Notes: generated by a model from the sequence alone, not told the origin. A stretch of 64,000 nt of DNA from an uncultured Candidatus Saccharibacteria bacterium (GCA_964593805.1 CAZQHP010000001.1:128091-192090); one strand, 5' to 3'; positions 28,539 through 37,820 are shown, counted from the stretch's first letter. Translations and numbers: made by a program.

Positions 28539-29836
28539 CGCTCGGCAAATTCTTTTCTGAGCCATTCGTCTAACGAACCACCACCGCCGGCAGACAGGCA
28601 TAGCACTAAATCACCGTCTTCCAGGTGTTTTTGCAGAGTGGCTTTTAGTTCGTCATCTAGAGCTAGGGGCTCAGCTTTTTCGGGTTTGGACAAAAGACCC
28701 ACCAGCTTTTCCGGCGTCAAATCTTCCAAGTTCTCATCTTCACGCGCCCGATAGCTCGGTACTATGTAAAGCTTTTTCACATCGTCGAACAGGTGAGCCA
28801 ATTCTTCCCGAATAAAATGCTGGCGGGTATTGTGTAAGCCTTCGTAAACAACCACGACGTTATCTTTCGCTCCCGCCACCTCTTGAGCTGTTTGGAGCGC
28901 GCCCCGAATCTTTTCGGGCGTGTGGGCATAATCGGTGTATAGATTGTCACTAAGCGCTTCAAAACGCCGGCTGAGGCCAGGGAACTGATTTATGGCCTCA
29001 ACTAGTACTTCTGATTGTTTGCCAGTTAACCTGGCAACAGCCTCAATTACCAGTTCGGCATTTTCTCGGTTAACCTCGCCGGTGAGGGTTAGTTTGGACA
29101 AAATCTCGGGATATTCTGATGGTTCGGCCGCTAACCCAATCTTTTCAAGATCTTTAGGGTGAGCTACAACCTGCTCGCTTTGACATACAAAATCGTTAAA
29201 GGCACGGTTGTAACCCGCTTCAGTAGGATAAATATCCGGGTGGTCGTAGGCAACTCCCGAAATTATGGACATATACGGCTTGAAGCTTAGAAAATTTCTA
29301 TCAAACTCATCAGCTTCCAGTACGAAATATTCAGACTTTGGGTCGTATGCTCCCATTTCGCCGAACGAAATTTTAGCACCAACTGAGTAACTAACGGGGA
29401 TACCAAGCTGCTTAAACAGCCAAATGGTCATGGCAGTGGTGGTGGTTTTGCCGTGCGTGCCAGCTACAGCGATTAATTTTAGCTGCTTATCTTCAATAAT
29501 CTGGTTCAATAATTCGTCGCGTTTGCTGGTTTTTATGCCGTTGTCTTGGCAAAACTTCAGCTCTGGCGCGCCTGCCTGTCCGGTAGGCAGGTCTGGATTT
29601 TCAATCGTAACCGCCGAAGAGTACACGTACCAATCAATCGGCTTTGTCTCGTGGATCTCGGCAATCTGGTCATAGGCCTGGCCAATATGGATATTTTCCA
29701 CCCCGTGAGACCGAAGGTACTGGACATATTGGCTATCTTGCTTATCAGACCCGGAAACTTCGTAACCGGCCTGTTTGGCTATCTGCGCCAACGGCCCAAT
29801 TGCCGTTCCGCCAATGCCAGAAAAAAAGATATGCAT
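28535..29836 (-). CDS. murC: Mur ligase family, UDP-N-acetylmuramate--L-alanine ligase-like (MurC; Mpl not excluded)
   Basis: 'IFFSGIGGTAIGPLAQIAKQAGYEVSGSD' at the N-terminus and the P-loop 'VAGTHGKTTTTAM'. Confidence 0.7.
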   Translation of the reverse strand: MHIFFSGIGGTAIGPLAQIAKQAGYEVSGSDKQDSQYVQYLRSHGVENIHIGQAYDQIAEIHETKPIDWYVYSSAVTIENPDLPTGQAGAPELKFCQDNGIKTSKRDELLNQIIEDKQLKLIAVAGTHGKTTTTAMTIWLFKQLGIPVSYSVGAKISFGEMGAYDPKSEYFVLEADEFDRNFLSFKPYMSIISGVAYDHPDIYPTEAGYNRAFNDFVCQSEQVVAHPKDLEKIGLAAEPSEYPEILSKLTLTGEVNRENAELVIEAVARLTGKQSEVLVEAINQFPGLSRRFEALSDNLYTDYAHTPEKIRGALQTAQEVAGAKDNVVVVYEGLHNTRQHFIREELAHLFDDVKKLYIVPSYRAREDENLEDLTPEKLVGLLSKPEKAEPLALDDELKATLQKHLEDGDLVLCLSAGGGGSLDEWLRKEFAER

Positions 29837-29894
29837 GCCTTAAGTCTATCAGCCCAGTAGTCGATTAGTCGATTAGTCGTTACAATAAACGTTA

Positions 29895-30518
29895 GTGGAT
29901 AAGAAAAAACTGCACCATCTTTGGAAAAGACTTCACAGAGCCAGTTATTGGCATTTTTTGATTGCTTGCGCGGCGTGCGCGGTTATTGCGGTGTTCGCAC
30001 TCCGGCAAAACAACCTGACGGCGATTCAGCTGCGTGACGAAGTGCTCAAAGTAGACCAGCAAAATGGCGACACCGAAGCGGCGCTCAAAAAACTGCGCCA
30101 GTACGTGTACGGCCACATGAATACAGACTTGGCCACCAGCACATCAGTTTATCCGCCGATACAGCTCAAATACCGCTACGACCGCCTGGTAGCTGCCGAA
30201 AAGGCCCGGGTTGAACAAGCCAACAGCAACACCATCTACAACGACGCCCAGAAATACTGTGAAGCCAATTTCCCCCAGAGTTTTTATGGTGCTGGACGTC
30301 TGCCCTGCATACAGAACTACATAGATACCCATCCCGCGCCAACAGTCACGCCGCAGCCAATCCCCGACGCGCTCTACAAATACAACTTTGCCAGCCCGGC
30401 GTGGTCTCCCGACTTGGCCGGCTGGAGCCTTGTGTTTTTTGGCCTATTCCTGTTTTTGTTTATTGTCCGTTTACTACTTGAACTTTGGCTCAGGCAAGAG
30501 CTCAAAAACCATCTGTAA
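29895..30518 (+). CDS. hypothetical membrane protein (N- and C-terminal TM helices)
   Basis: 207-aa ORF with a GTG start. Preceded by TACAAT at 29880-29885. Confidence 0.5.
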   Translation: MDKKKLHHLWKRLHRASYWHFLIACAACAVIAVFALRQNNLTAIQLRDEVLKVDQQNGDTEAALKKLRQYVYGHMNTDLATSTSVYPPIQLKYRYDRLVAAEKARVEQANSNTIYNDAQKYCEANFPQSFYGAGRLPCIQNYIDTHPAPTVTPQPIPDALYKYNFASPAWSPDLAGWSLVFFGLFLFLFIVRLLLELWLRQELKNHL

Positions 30519-30564
30519 AAGAGTTTATTGATTACTGAACTTTAAATGTATTAGGTATCTGAAA

Positions 30565-31122
30565 CTAAGGATTCTTGGTTGAACTAGCGTTGGCAGCAGC
30601 ATCAATTTTGGCACAATCGCCGTCGTACTTTGTCTTGATTTCGGTTATGCCTTTGGATACTTGACCGTCCGATTTCAGGTTTTCCCAGAACAACACCTGG
30701 TCTTGGTTGACGACCATACTGTCCTGGGGGCCATGTACTTCACAGCCTAGTTTTACAAGCACTAGCGGTTTGTCTTTGTCGGCCGCGGTGGTACCGTCAG
30801 GCTGAACCTGCTGGTTGACCCGCAAATAGTAAATGTCTGAAATTCGCAAAAATTTGTTGTTGATGGTGGTAATTTTGCCAAAATAAGGCGTCGTACTGCC
30901 GTTCAGGAAAACAGCTTGCATTTTCTCTGTATCCACGTACTTGCTTTGGGAAGTCGGGCCGCCAATAGCTACGGAGCCAATAACCGCCATAACCAAAATG
31001 GCAATGCACACTACCAGCGCCACGCTAGCAGCTCTCAAACTAAAAAACGAAACTTTTTTCTTATGACTGGCGCCTGTATGAGCCGCAGTTTGCGTTTGGC
31101 TTGCGCCACGATTCCATTCCAT
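30565..31122 (-). CDS. hypothetical membrane-anchored protein
   Basis: 185 aa with a single TM 'VALVVCIAILVMAVIGSVAIG' and a beta-rich ectodomain. Confidence 0.5.
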   Translation of the reverse strand: MEWNRGASQTQTAAHTGASHKKKVSFFSLRAASVALVVCIAILVMAVIGSVAIGGPTSQSKYVDTEKMQAVFLNGSTTPYFGKITTINNKFLRISDIYYLRVNQQVQPDGTTAADKDKPLVLVKLGCEVHGPQDSMVVNQDQVLFWENLKSDGQVSKGITEIKTKYDGDCAKIDAAANASSTKNP

Positions 31123-31351
31123 CGGAGTAAACCACCTTTATTTAGATTTCTTTTACGTACTGTTCAAGTGTACTGCATAAGCGGTTTGTGATGCAATACG
31201 GCACTGCCCCCAAAAACAAGCTGGATATTTCAATAACAGGGGTAGAGAACTATCAACAGGGGTGTAATTTGTACAAAGGTGTTGACAAGTAAAAACCAGG
31301 GGGCGTATGGTAAGGAGTACCAACAGTAATGTAAGAGAGGGAGAGCTATAA

Positions 31352-31549
31352 ATGGCTTACAAGCACACAAACTCTAAAGGAGTAACATACTTCTTGAACT
31401 CAAAGCTCGTCGTATTGCGCGGCGGCAAAGAACAGCGAATTTACTACTTCAGCAAGGATCAGCGCGCCGAAGCTATTGATTCAGTGCCAGCAGGCATGAT
31501 GGTCAACGAAAACCCACGCAACGGTTTCTTGACTGTTAAGCGAAAATAA
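31352..31549 (+). CDS. small basic hypothetical protein (65 aa)
   Basis: Has promoter TTGACA-18-TATGGT (31283-31312), SD GAGAGGGAGAG, and is followed by a strong terminator. Confidence 0.55.
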   Translation: MAYKHTNSKGVTYFLNSKLVVLRGGKEQRIYYFSKDQRAEAIDSVPAGMMVNENPRNGFLTVKRK

Positions 31550-31572
31550 TCCTTAATTCCTAAGGAAGCGAA

Positions 31573-31603
31573 CCACCCCAATAAATCGGGGTGGTTTTAT
31601 TTT
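31573..31603 (+). terminator. rho-independent terminator
   Basis: CCACCCC-aataaatc-GGGGTGG followed by TTTTATTTT. Confidence 0.75.
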
Positions 31604-31615
31604 GCTCATGCCTTG
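31601..31615 (+). repeat. island motif copy a (tttGCTCATGCcttg)
   Basis: Matches the consensus TTTGCTCATGCTTGC. Overlaps the stop codon (TGA on the minus strand) of 31606..31989. Confidence 0.6.
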
Positions 31616-31989
31616 GGGTCGTCGGGGAAGTCAGGCATGATGGCTTCTGCTTCTCGGTTCATAGCAATAGTACCCAGCAGTTCAAGCATATCAGCTGCGC
31701 CTTTGCCGTATGCAAAGCGCAATTTTTCGTTATCATCTAAAGATGTCGCTTGTACAGCTTTTGTAGTGTGTTCGCCTAAGAACTCCACAGTTCGAGTAAT
31801 TGCTGGGCAAGCGGCACTGAATTCCTCGGTTCTATCCCCGAGTTCATACAGCTGTGGGACGGTTCCTTCGCGCACGGCTGTGAGGTTGGTTTTTCTGGCT
31901 ATTTGATTCCATGCTTCTAGTATCTCGTCGCCGTCAGGGAGCGGAAAACTTCCCCATATTGTTTTTCTTTCAGGTTTAGACATAAACAT
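31606..31989 (-). CDS. hypothetical protein (127 aa, acidic, cytoplasmic)
   Basis: Protein-like composition. Ends '...DDPKA' with its TGA inside motif copy a. Confidence 0.55.
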   Translation of the reverse strand: MFMSKPERKTIWGSFPLPDGDEILEAWNQIARKTNLTAVREGTVPQLYELGDRTEEFSAACPAITRTVEFLGEHTTKAVQATSLDDNEKLRFAYGKGAADMLELLGTIAMNREAEAIMPDFPDDPKA

Positions 31990-32072
31990 ATATTAACAAC
32001 TGTTACTTATAACAAAAACTGCTTAACCTTAGATTATTGTCGTTTAGTCAACGTTAAAGTATAATATTACTT

Positions 32073-32948
32073 ATGAATCTTGACAGCATGGGAGAGTTTC
32101 TCGGTGCTAACGCTGAAGCAATTGAAGCCATTACAAGCAAGACCGCTGAACAACTTTCAGTGAATGGTATTGCCAGTGTGGTTACAAAGTATAGGGACGA
32201 AGCACCTCAAATTGTCTCAGAAGAGCCTGGGCTTAGAGAAATTGGGATAGATTTATCGCGGCTTGAGCCTGACGAGGCAGAAGAACTGCAGGATGAAGTT
32301 GCTGAAATAAGATGTTCCAGCCTTCTCTCTCGTGCATCAGTAGAATTTGTTACGCTCAGTGGTGCCACTGATATGTTTTTCACCGCCGAAGCCTATAATG
32401 CCGCACCCGAATCAGAAAGAGCGTCTGTACAAATTCAGCACTTTGACTACGAAAAAGCCGAGTACGTCGGTAGAACTTGGGGAGACGACGAAGCAGATCA
32501 TATAACACTAGAAACGGCCACTCTATTTGACGCTTCAGGAGCAGAAGTTGCCAAGAAATTCACCGTTCAGTCTCAAGAAGCAGGGTTATTAGACGCCCTG
32601 GCTATTGTTAGCATCCGAAAAGCTTTTAGGCTTATTGATCATCAAAATCGACTGGCAGCCGACCCGCTGAATCGTCGGGCTATAGAAATACTTGGTTCAA
32701 GGTACGCCAAAGCGTTTTCTCTTATGATGGGCGCTTTTGAAAAAGAGCACGCGCTAGACGCCCAGCTGAGTAATATATGGACTGAGTTTGTTGGTAGTGC
32801 TCAAGAAGACGAAGTTGGGCCCTTGCTTGATGAAATACGCGTCAGAGCTGTTGCCGTTAAAGAGAGCATGGAATTATCCAGCTCCTTCGGTACAAGCATA
32901 CCCTCTGCCGAAAAACTTCGAGAGTTCGTAGCAATATTTGATGATTAA
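32073..32948 (+). CDS. hypothetical protein (291 aa, acidic)
   Basis: The ORF is preceded by a TATAAT box at 32054-32059. No family recognised. Confidence 0.55.
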   Translation: MNLDSMGEFLGANAEAIEAITSKTAEQLSVNGIASVVTKYRDEAPQIVSEEPGLREIGIDLSRLEPDEAEELQDEVAEIRCSSLLSRASVEFVTLSGATDMFFTAEAYNAAPESERASVQIQHFDYEKAEYVGRTWGDDEADHITLETATLFDASGAEVAKKFTVQSQEAGLLDALAIVSIRKAFRLIDHQNRLAADPLNRRAIEILGSRYAKAFSLMMGAFEKEHALDAQLSNIWTEFVGSAQEDEVGPLLDEIRVRAVAVKESMELSSSFGTSIPSAEKLREFVAIFDD

Positions 32949-32964
32949 ACACGGTCTCATTTGT

Positions 32965-32979
32965 TTTGCTCATGCTTGC
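32965..32979 (+). repeat. island motif copy b (TTTGCTCATGCTTGC)
   Basis: Lies 17 nt after the stop of 32073..32948. TTGCTC-17 nt-AATAAT follows, and the ATG at 33013 is about 8 nt past the -10 box (possibly leaderless). Confidence 0.7.
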
Positions 32980-33012
32980 TCCAGTGCTTGGGTAGGTGAA
33001 TAATAGGTACTA

Positions 33013-33363
33013 ATGACGGAGATTGGACGCGAATTCTTGATTATTCCCACGCAAGTGGAGCTTGCTGAAGCCTGGCAACAGTACCGAGATATTGTGGCAC
33101 GTCGTCACCAGCGAGGCCAGTCTATTACAGGGGCCGATGGCCTAGAACGTGTTAGCGGGATGGTTAATGCCGATCAAATACTTGCTGACAATCCGCATTT
33201 GGATGCCAATATAAGTGAACTTGGTGCCGTTGTAGCAAAAAATATCGAAGAAGGTCGTATTACCCCGACCGATGCCTTTAGGCTTGGTGCCCGTCATATA
33301 CTGGAAATGTTTTCGATAGCCACTACCGCATACCAGGCAAAACAACTAGACGAAAATCTTTAG
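33013..33363 (+). CDS. hypothetical protein (116 aa)
   Basis: ORF directly downstream of motif copy b. Shows weak resemblance to 31606..31989 ('E(I/L)(L/A)EAW(N/Q)Q' and 'F..G....LE' at similar spacing). Confidence 0.55.
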   Translation: MTEIGREFLIIPTQVELAEAWQQYRDIVARRHQRGQSITGADGLERVSGMVNADQILADNPHLDANISELGAVVAKNIEEGRITPTDAFRLGARHILEMFSIATTAYQAKQLDENL

Positions 33364-33398
33364 TCCTGAAATTAGAATCTAATTTACTTTGAAATTCA

Positions 33399-33413
33399 GT
33401 TGCTCATGCTTGT
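33399..33413 (+). repeat. island motif copy c (gTTGCTCATGCTTGt)
   Basis: Lies 36 nt after the stop of 33013..33363. Overlaps the TGA stop of the minus-strand ORF 33404..33754. Confidence 0.65.
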
Positions 33414-33754
33414 GGCGCAGAGCATACTCGCCTAGTGACAAAGCCAAAAAGCCTTTTTACTTCAGTCGGGCCTTTGCATCGACCAATATTATTGACGTAA
33501 TCAACCGCATTATTCTCGGCGTCCGACCCAGAATCACCATGTACCATGATAGGCTTTGAGCTTCTATCTTCAGTGTCCCTATAATGAACTGTCAAATCTG
33601 TTGGACCCTGTGGGACGCCACGTTCAAATGAAAATGATGCAGAGCTCCTATCCTGCGAAATCGATCCCTGAGTCACACTAGACACTACAACGAGAGAATC
33701 AATGCGAGCAGCGCAGTTTCCCATATTCGGACAACCTTCACAGAATTTCGCCAT
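33404..33754 (-). CDS. hypothetical protein (116 aa) with an N-terminal Cys cluster
   Basis: 'MAKFCEGCPNMGNC...'. Ends '...SAPQA' with its stop inside motif copy c. Confidence 0.5.
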   Translation of the reverse strand: MAKFCEGCPNMGNCAARIDSLVVVSSVTQGSISQDRSSASFSFERGVPQGPTDLTVHYRDTEDRSSKPIMVHGDSGSDAENNAVDYVNNIGRCKGPTEVKRLFGFVTRRVCSAPQA

Positions 33755-33786
33755 ACAAACTCCTTAGAACTAACATACTTGGCTAA

Positions 33787-34311
33787 TCAAGATGTTTTTT
33801 GAAGTTTCTTGTATTGGTTGTATATGTCATCGATTCTTTCTTTGGTGATGTGTGAAGTGCCATGTTCCTTAATCATGCCCGCAAAACGTATGGCGTCATT
33901 GGCTCTTGGTTTTAGCTCATTGGGCAGTTTATTAATTTCGACCCAGTGTGTGCCGTTATAGTGACCATTCTGACCGTACTTACCGAAAAATGCGTTGATA
34001 TGTTTAACGTACTTAGTCTCTTTACCCTTTGTATCAGCTGTATATAGAACGAATTCGTTGTTTTGTGATTTGATATTTACGATAAAGTCCTGCTTGAACT
34101 TCGGAGTTTTAAGATAGTGAGCGTAAACATAGAAGCCTATGATTTCATCGTCAGGCGAGTTGGTTGTGTGAGAGGTACTGACGGCTTGTAGCGTGATGAA
34201 CTTATTGATGTCCAGCTTGAGAGCTTGTGTAAACTCTGGGTGGCTTTTACACCACACCTTTAACTCATCCGAGAATGGTTGCATTTCAATCAATAGTTCT
34301 TGTAGGGTCAT
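33787..34311 (-). CDS. hypothetical protein (174 aa)
   Basis: Lys/Asn-rich ORF in an AT-rich segment. No family recognised. Confidence 0.5.
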   Translation of the reverse strand: MTLQELLIEMQPFSDELKVWCKSHPEFTQALKLDINKFITLQAVSTSHTTNSPDDEIIGFYVYAHYLKTPKFKQDFIVNIKSQNNEFVLYTADTKGKETKYVKHINAFFGKYGQNGHYNGTHWVEINKLPNELKPRANDAIRFAGMIKEHGTSHITKERIDDIYNQYKKLQKTS

Positions 34312-34361
34312 GCCGTTTATTATACTGTGCGATCTCCCTACAGTGACGCTGATGTTCTTGG

Positions 34362-34496
34362 CTATTTTCCTTTTAGTTTGTTTTTTGGTACAGAGACGAT
34401 TTTTTTCATAGCCTTTGTGAAGTTATCAAAGGGCTTTTCTTTTTCTCCATACGATTGAGGGGTGGAGGGCTTTTGACCTTTCTTTTTTTCAGTCAT
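34362..34496 (-). CDS. possible small Lys-rich protein (44 aa; below the ORF-track cutoff)
   Basis: Hand translation gives 'MTEKKKGQKPSTPQSYGEKEKPFDNFTKAMKKIVSVPKNKLKGK'. Lies 50 nt upstream of 33787..34311 on the same strand. Confidence 0.25.
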   Translation of the reverse strand: MTEKKKGQKPSTPQSYGEKEKPFDNFTKAMKKIVSVPKNKLKGK

Positions 34497-34581
34497 GCAT
34501 TCAGTCTAGCATTTTCACTTGACTTTAGGCACTTAACAGGAGTACTTTAAACATAAGCTCTGAACACATAAAAGGATTAAA

Positions 34582-35235
34582 ATGGCAAAAAGCAAAACGA
34601 TTAAAACTAGCACAGCAAGAAAAGGAAAAACTATGGCCAAAGCAAAATCTTCTAAATTCGGTAAAATATCCAAAGCATTCAGTTTCTCTACAACAAAAGG
34701 TAAATTTTTAGTGTTTATGCTAACTTTTGCAGTAGTTGGTGGGGGGTATGCGGCTTACCAGGCTTTTGCGGCCACTTCTGTGCCAGCAGATCTGAGTGGT
34801 GTTTTATATAGTTACGGTCCTTTTACTGCAGGGGACGGCGTCAAAGGAGTTATTGATTGTTCTAATGCCGCTGGCCAAACAGGCTATGGACCGCTGCGCA
34901 GCTGCATACAACAAAATCCAGCAAATCATAGTCAGTATCGTACTGGGTTGTGGAGTGTAGTTACTAAAGGCTTCAGCCCCACTTCTGGGTGGCTAAATGA
35001 CTCTTCAGATCCAACGACATATTTTTATAAAGTGTGTAAAAACATGGACAATTACTTCAGTGGAACCAGGGCATTGGACACTGGCTATGGACCAATTTCA
35101 TATGGCCAAATTTTTAGGACATATTACAATCCTGACTCTAAAAAAACAATCTGGCAAATCAAATGGGCGAACAGAAGCACTATAACCGGCAACTGTTCGG
35201 TAAATGGAAACTGGATGGACGCAAAAGGTTGGTAA
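34582..35235 (+). CDS. secreted/membrane-anchored hypothetical protein (217 aa, Cys-containing ectodomain)
   Basis: Basic N-terminus plus TM 'FLVFMLTFAVVGGGYAAYQAFAA'. Has an SD-like AAAGGA before the ATG. Confidence 0.55.
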   Translation: MAKSKTIKTSTARKGKTMAKAKSSKFGKISKAFSFSTTKGKFLVFMLTFAVVGGGYAAYQAFAATSVPADLSGVLYSYGPFTAGDGVKGVIDCSNAAGQTGYGPLRSCIQQNPANHSQYRTGLWSVVTKGFSPTSGWLNDSSDPTTYFYKVCKNMDNYFSGTRALDTGYGPISYGQIFRTYYNPDSKKTIWQIKWANRSTITGNCSVNGNWMDAKGW

Positions 35236-35262
35236 ACCAATTCTGTTCGTGACAAATTTCTG

Positions 35263-36111
35263 CTACGTCTTCTCCCAAATATCCGCAAAGACTCCATGCT
35301 GTTTTAGCTTTTCGGTAGTAGTAAATCGTATATCAGGCCGATCTTCATCGTCCCTCTCCCAGATATCAGCAATAAGTCCTCTGGTTCGTCGTTTGGCGTA
35401 GATAAGATCAGATACTTTAGCACAGACAAGTAAGATAACGGGCTTTGGGTCTCCGTAGGTTTCGTCTTCCCAGATACCGAGTTCTTCATCCATGTAGGTG
35501 ACGTATTGTTTGAGCCGGTATCGTAAACGGTACTGTGGCAGTTCGGAATCAAAGATTTCAAGTAAATAGCTCTCGGTAGCTTCCATTTCATTCATGCCGT
35601 CATCACGTAATTTGGTGAAGCATAAATTTGGACGAATATATTCACTATCCGCAAGGAAGTGGTACTTACCGCTACCAAGGTAGTCTGCTTCTGTTTCATA
35701 GTAGTAGCAGGTACGTATGTGGTTTTTCGTTTCATCAAACGTGTCTAGTGTCACTCCAGCGTCAGCTAGGAGCAGGCAATGTTCAATGAAGCTTTTGCTG
35801 CGGTCATGGTCTTTGTAGCGTTTATGTAGTTCGGCTTCGTCATGTACGCCAAAGTGACGATAACGGTTAATAGCATTCTTGGAAAGGTAATAAATAGCTG
35901 GTGTACTTTTATCTATGAAGCTCGCTTTGTTATATATCCAATCTATGTAGCCTTTAGCTCTTAAGTCTTTAAGCCATAGGTAAGTATTCTTTTTATCTTT
36001 CTGTTTTAGGAATGTTTGTAGTTGTAGTCTTGTTAGGTATCTATGTTTATATAGAAGATCAATAATTTCTTTTTGTCTGTAAGTTATTTTTGGTAGATTT
36101 AGTGTTTTCAT
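35263..36111 (-). CDS. replication-relaxation family protein (plasmid/ICE-type wHTH protein)
   Basis: The N-terminus 'ITYRQKEIIDLLYKHRYLTRLQLQTFL...WLKDLRAKGYI' matches the Replic_Relax pattern as I remember it. The size (282 aa) is typical. Confidence 0.6.
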   Translation of the reverse strand: MKTLNLPKITYRQKEIIDLLYKHRYLTRLQLQTFLKQKDKKNTYLWLKDLRAKGYIDWIYNKASFIDKSTPAIYYLSKNAINRYRHFGVHDEAELHKRYKDHDRSKSFIEHCLLLADAGVTLDTFDETKNHIRTCYYYETEADYLGSGKYHFLADSEYIRPNLCFTKLRDDGMNEMEATESYLLEIFDSELPQYRLRYRLKQYVTYMDEELGIWEDETYGDPKPVILLVCAKVSDLIYAKRRTRGLIADIWERDDEDRPDIRFTTTEKLKQHGVFADIWEKT

Positions 36112-36162
36112 TATGCCAAACCCTCCTACTCCCTATATGTATAAAGGTAGGAAACACTATAA

Positions 36163-37156
36163 CGAATAAATAACAGATAGACACAAGCAGGATTTATGCC
36201 CCCGCTCGTGGGGGTGTAAATTAATTGTTTATTTGCTAACCAAAGTTCTGTACATAAGTCGCCTGTTACAGCTACCAAACCATTGATTAAAGCGTTCGCC
36301 GTCTTTGAGCATACGGGTATTGTAGCGGTAGGTGTGTTCGTCTACGTATCTACCTAAATGGTTGTGTGAAACGTGCGTATACGTTCCTTTGATAGAGCGT
36401 TTCATTAAATTCCAAAAGCCATCAATAGTCGTTGTAGACACTAAGCCACGAGCATATTCGCCTTGGCTATGATTTACCGAATCGTGAATAAATAACCATT
36501 TAGCTCGGGTGTAGATTCGGCTTTCGTCTGTATGCAATATGGCACCTTCGTTTAGCGTGGCTTTAAGGAACGGCATGGTATTCGTAGCGTCAGCATGCTT
36601 AGTTGCAAAGGCTCTAATTTGTCCAACGTCTTTCTTCTTTTCTACTACGCCTATGACTGCTGACTTATTCTTCCAGCGCTCATCTGGATTAGATTTACCG
36701 CCAATATATGTCTCGTCAGCTTCTACGGGGTCGTCTAGCTTGTCAAAGCCACCATAAGCCATAGCAGCACGAATGCGGTGATCCATGAACCACGCAGTCT
36801 TTTGAGTTACACCTAGCGCACGGGCTATTTCGTAGGAACTAACACCGTTCTTGGCATTTATGATCATCCAGACAGCCGGTAGCCATTTATCTAGACCAAG
36901 TGGGCTATCCTCAAAAATTGTGCCGACTTTGACAGAAAACTGGCGCTTGGGATGACGTGACTTGCACTGATAACGTTGCTGGCTTTTAAGGTAACTAACG
37001 TCTATACGACCACAAGTGGGGCAAATAGCACCATCAGGCCAACGCAAAGAAGCCATATATTCGATACATACCTGTGGCTTAGAGAAGTAACGGACTGCTT
37101 CAATAAGGGTGGATGGATACCTCATATATACAGTGTACACCTCTGTTATTGATTAG
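36163..37156 (-). mobile_element. IS1595-family insertion sequence (boundaries tentative)
   Basis: A single transposase gene is flanked by imperfect inverted repeats, 36163-36178 'cgaataaataacagat' and 37141-37156 (reverse complement 'ctaatcaataacagag'), matching 13 of 16. No target-site duplication was seen. Confidence 0.4.
36229..37140 (-). CDS. IS1595-family transposase (zinc-ribbon plus ISXO2-like DDE domain)
   Basis: 'RWPDGAICPTCGR...YQCKS..RQFSVKVGTIFEDSPLGLDKWLPAVWMI' and 'EADETYIGG...'. The likely true start is the ATG at 37125. Confidence 0.85.
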   Translation of the reverse strand: MYTVYMRYPSTLIEAVRYFSKPQVCIEYMASLRWPDGAICPTCGRIDVSYLKSQQRYQCKSRHPKRQFSVKVGTIFEDSPLGLDKWLPAVWMIINAKNGVSSYEIARALGVTQKTAWFMDHRIRAAMAYGGFDKLDDPVEADETYIGGKSNPDERWKNKSAVIGVVEKKKDVGQIRAFATKHADATNTMPFLKATLNEGAILHTDESRIYTRAKWLFIHDSVNHSQGEYARGLVSTTTIDGFWNLMKRSIKGTYTHVSHNHLGRYVDEHTYRYNTRMLKDGERFNQWFGSCNRRLMYRTLVSK

Positions 37157-37325
37157 TCAAGTATATTAGTTCTAACTCCTTTGATTTTTATATATCTTAG
37201 CGTAATTGATTATGATAGCCATGAGCGCATTTCTCACATCTATAAATCTCCAGACTAATTAGGCTTCAATCTCGGTGCAAGTACTCTAAAAACTTTTTAA
37301 ATTCCCCATCTTGATAAGTCTTGAT

Positions 37326-37340
37326 TTTGCTCGTGCTTGC
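37326..37340 (+). repeat. island motif copy d (TTTGCTCgTGCTTGC)
   Basis: Followed by TTGCAT-17 nt-TTAAAT, then SD AAGGAG and the ATG at 37384. Confidence 0.7.
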
Positions 37341-37383
37341 ATATTTCTAGCGATACATATTAAATGCACGCAAGGAGAAACAG

Positions 37384-37809
37384 ATGACACTGCCAGATAA
37401 GCCATCAAATGGGCTAGACATTCTAGGAACTACACAAAGTCTCGCATATTCAGAAGATTGCATGAGAACTTGCCCGCAATTACAGCAAAAGGTACTTACG
37501 GCTCTGATGAAGTATGCCATAGAAGGCGGTGAGCTACTAACACATATCAATGACGAGATTGAGCGGGCTAAGGCTGTAGAAGAATTGCCAGAACACTGTG
37601 AGCTTGGACCAACACAAATTTCAGAGCACGACACTTTGCCTGGAGGCTACACACCAAAGGTGGGCGGTTTTACGGCTTCTATATATCTGGGCCAAACCCC
37701 TTGGGGCCAAACAATTTTAGGTGTTTGCCAAATCGACAGAAGTAGAAGTATGAATAGCGGGGAGCCCGATACACGTTTTATGAAAAGAGATTATATTCAA
37801 GGGGAATAG
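37384..37809 (+). CDS. hypothetical protein (141 aa)
   Basis: ORF with a strong SD, downstream of motif copy d. Confidence 0.55.
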   Translation: MTLPDKPSNGLDILGTTQSLAYSEDCMRTCPQLQQKVLTALMKYAIEGGELLTHINDEIERAKAVEELPEHCELGPTQISEHDTLPGGYTPKVGGFTASIYLGQTPWGQTILGVCQIDRSRSMNSGEPDTRFMKRDYIQGE

Positions 37810-37820
37810 CGAAATCTATT

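Noticed and set aside
34484-34505. Possible tenth island-motif copy (tttttcAGTCATGCATTCag), and an inverted GCTCATGG core at 37214-37229
   Set aside because: Only about 8 of 12 core positions match. These are too weak to distinguish from chance without a statistical model.
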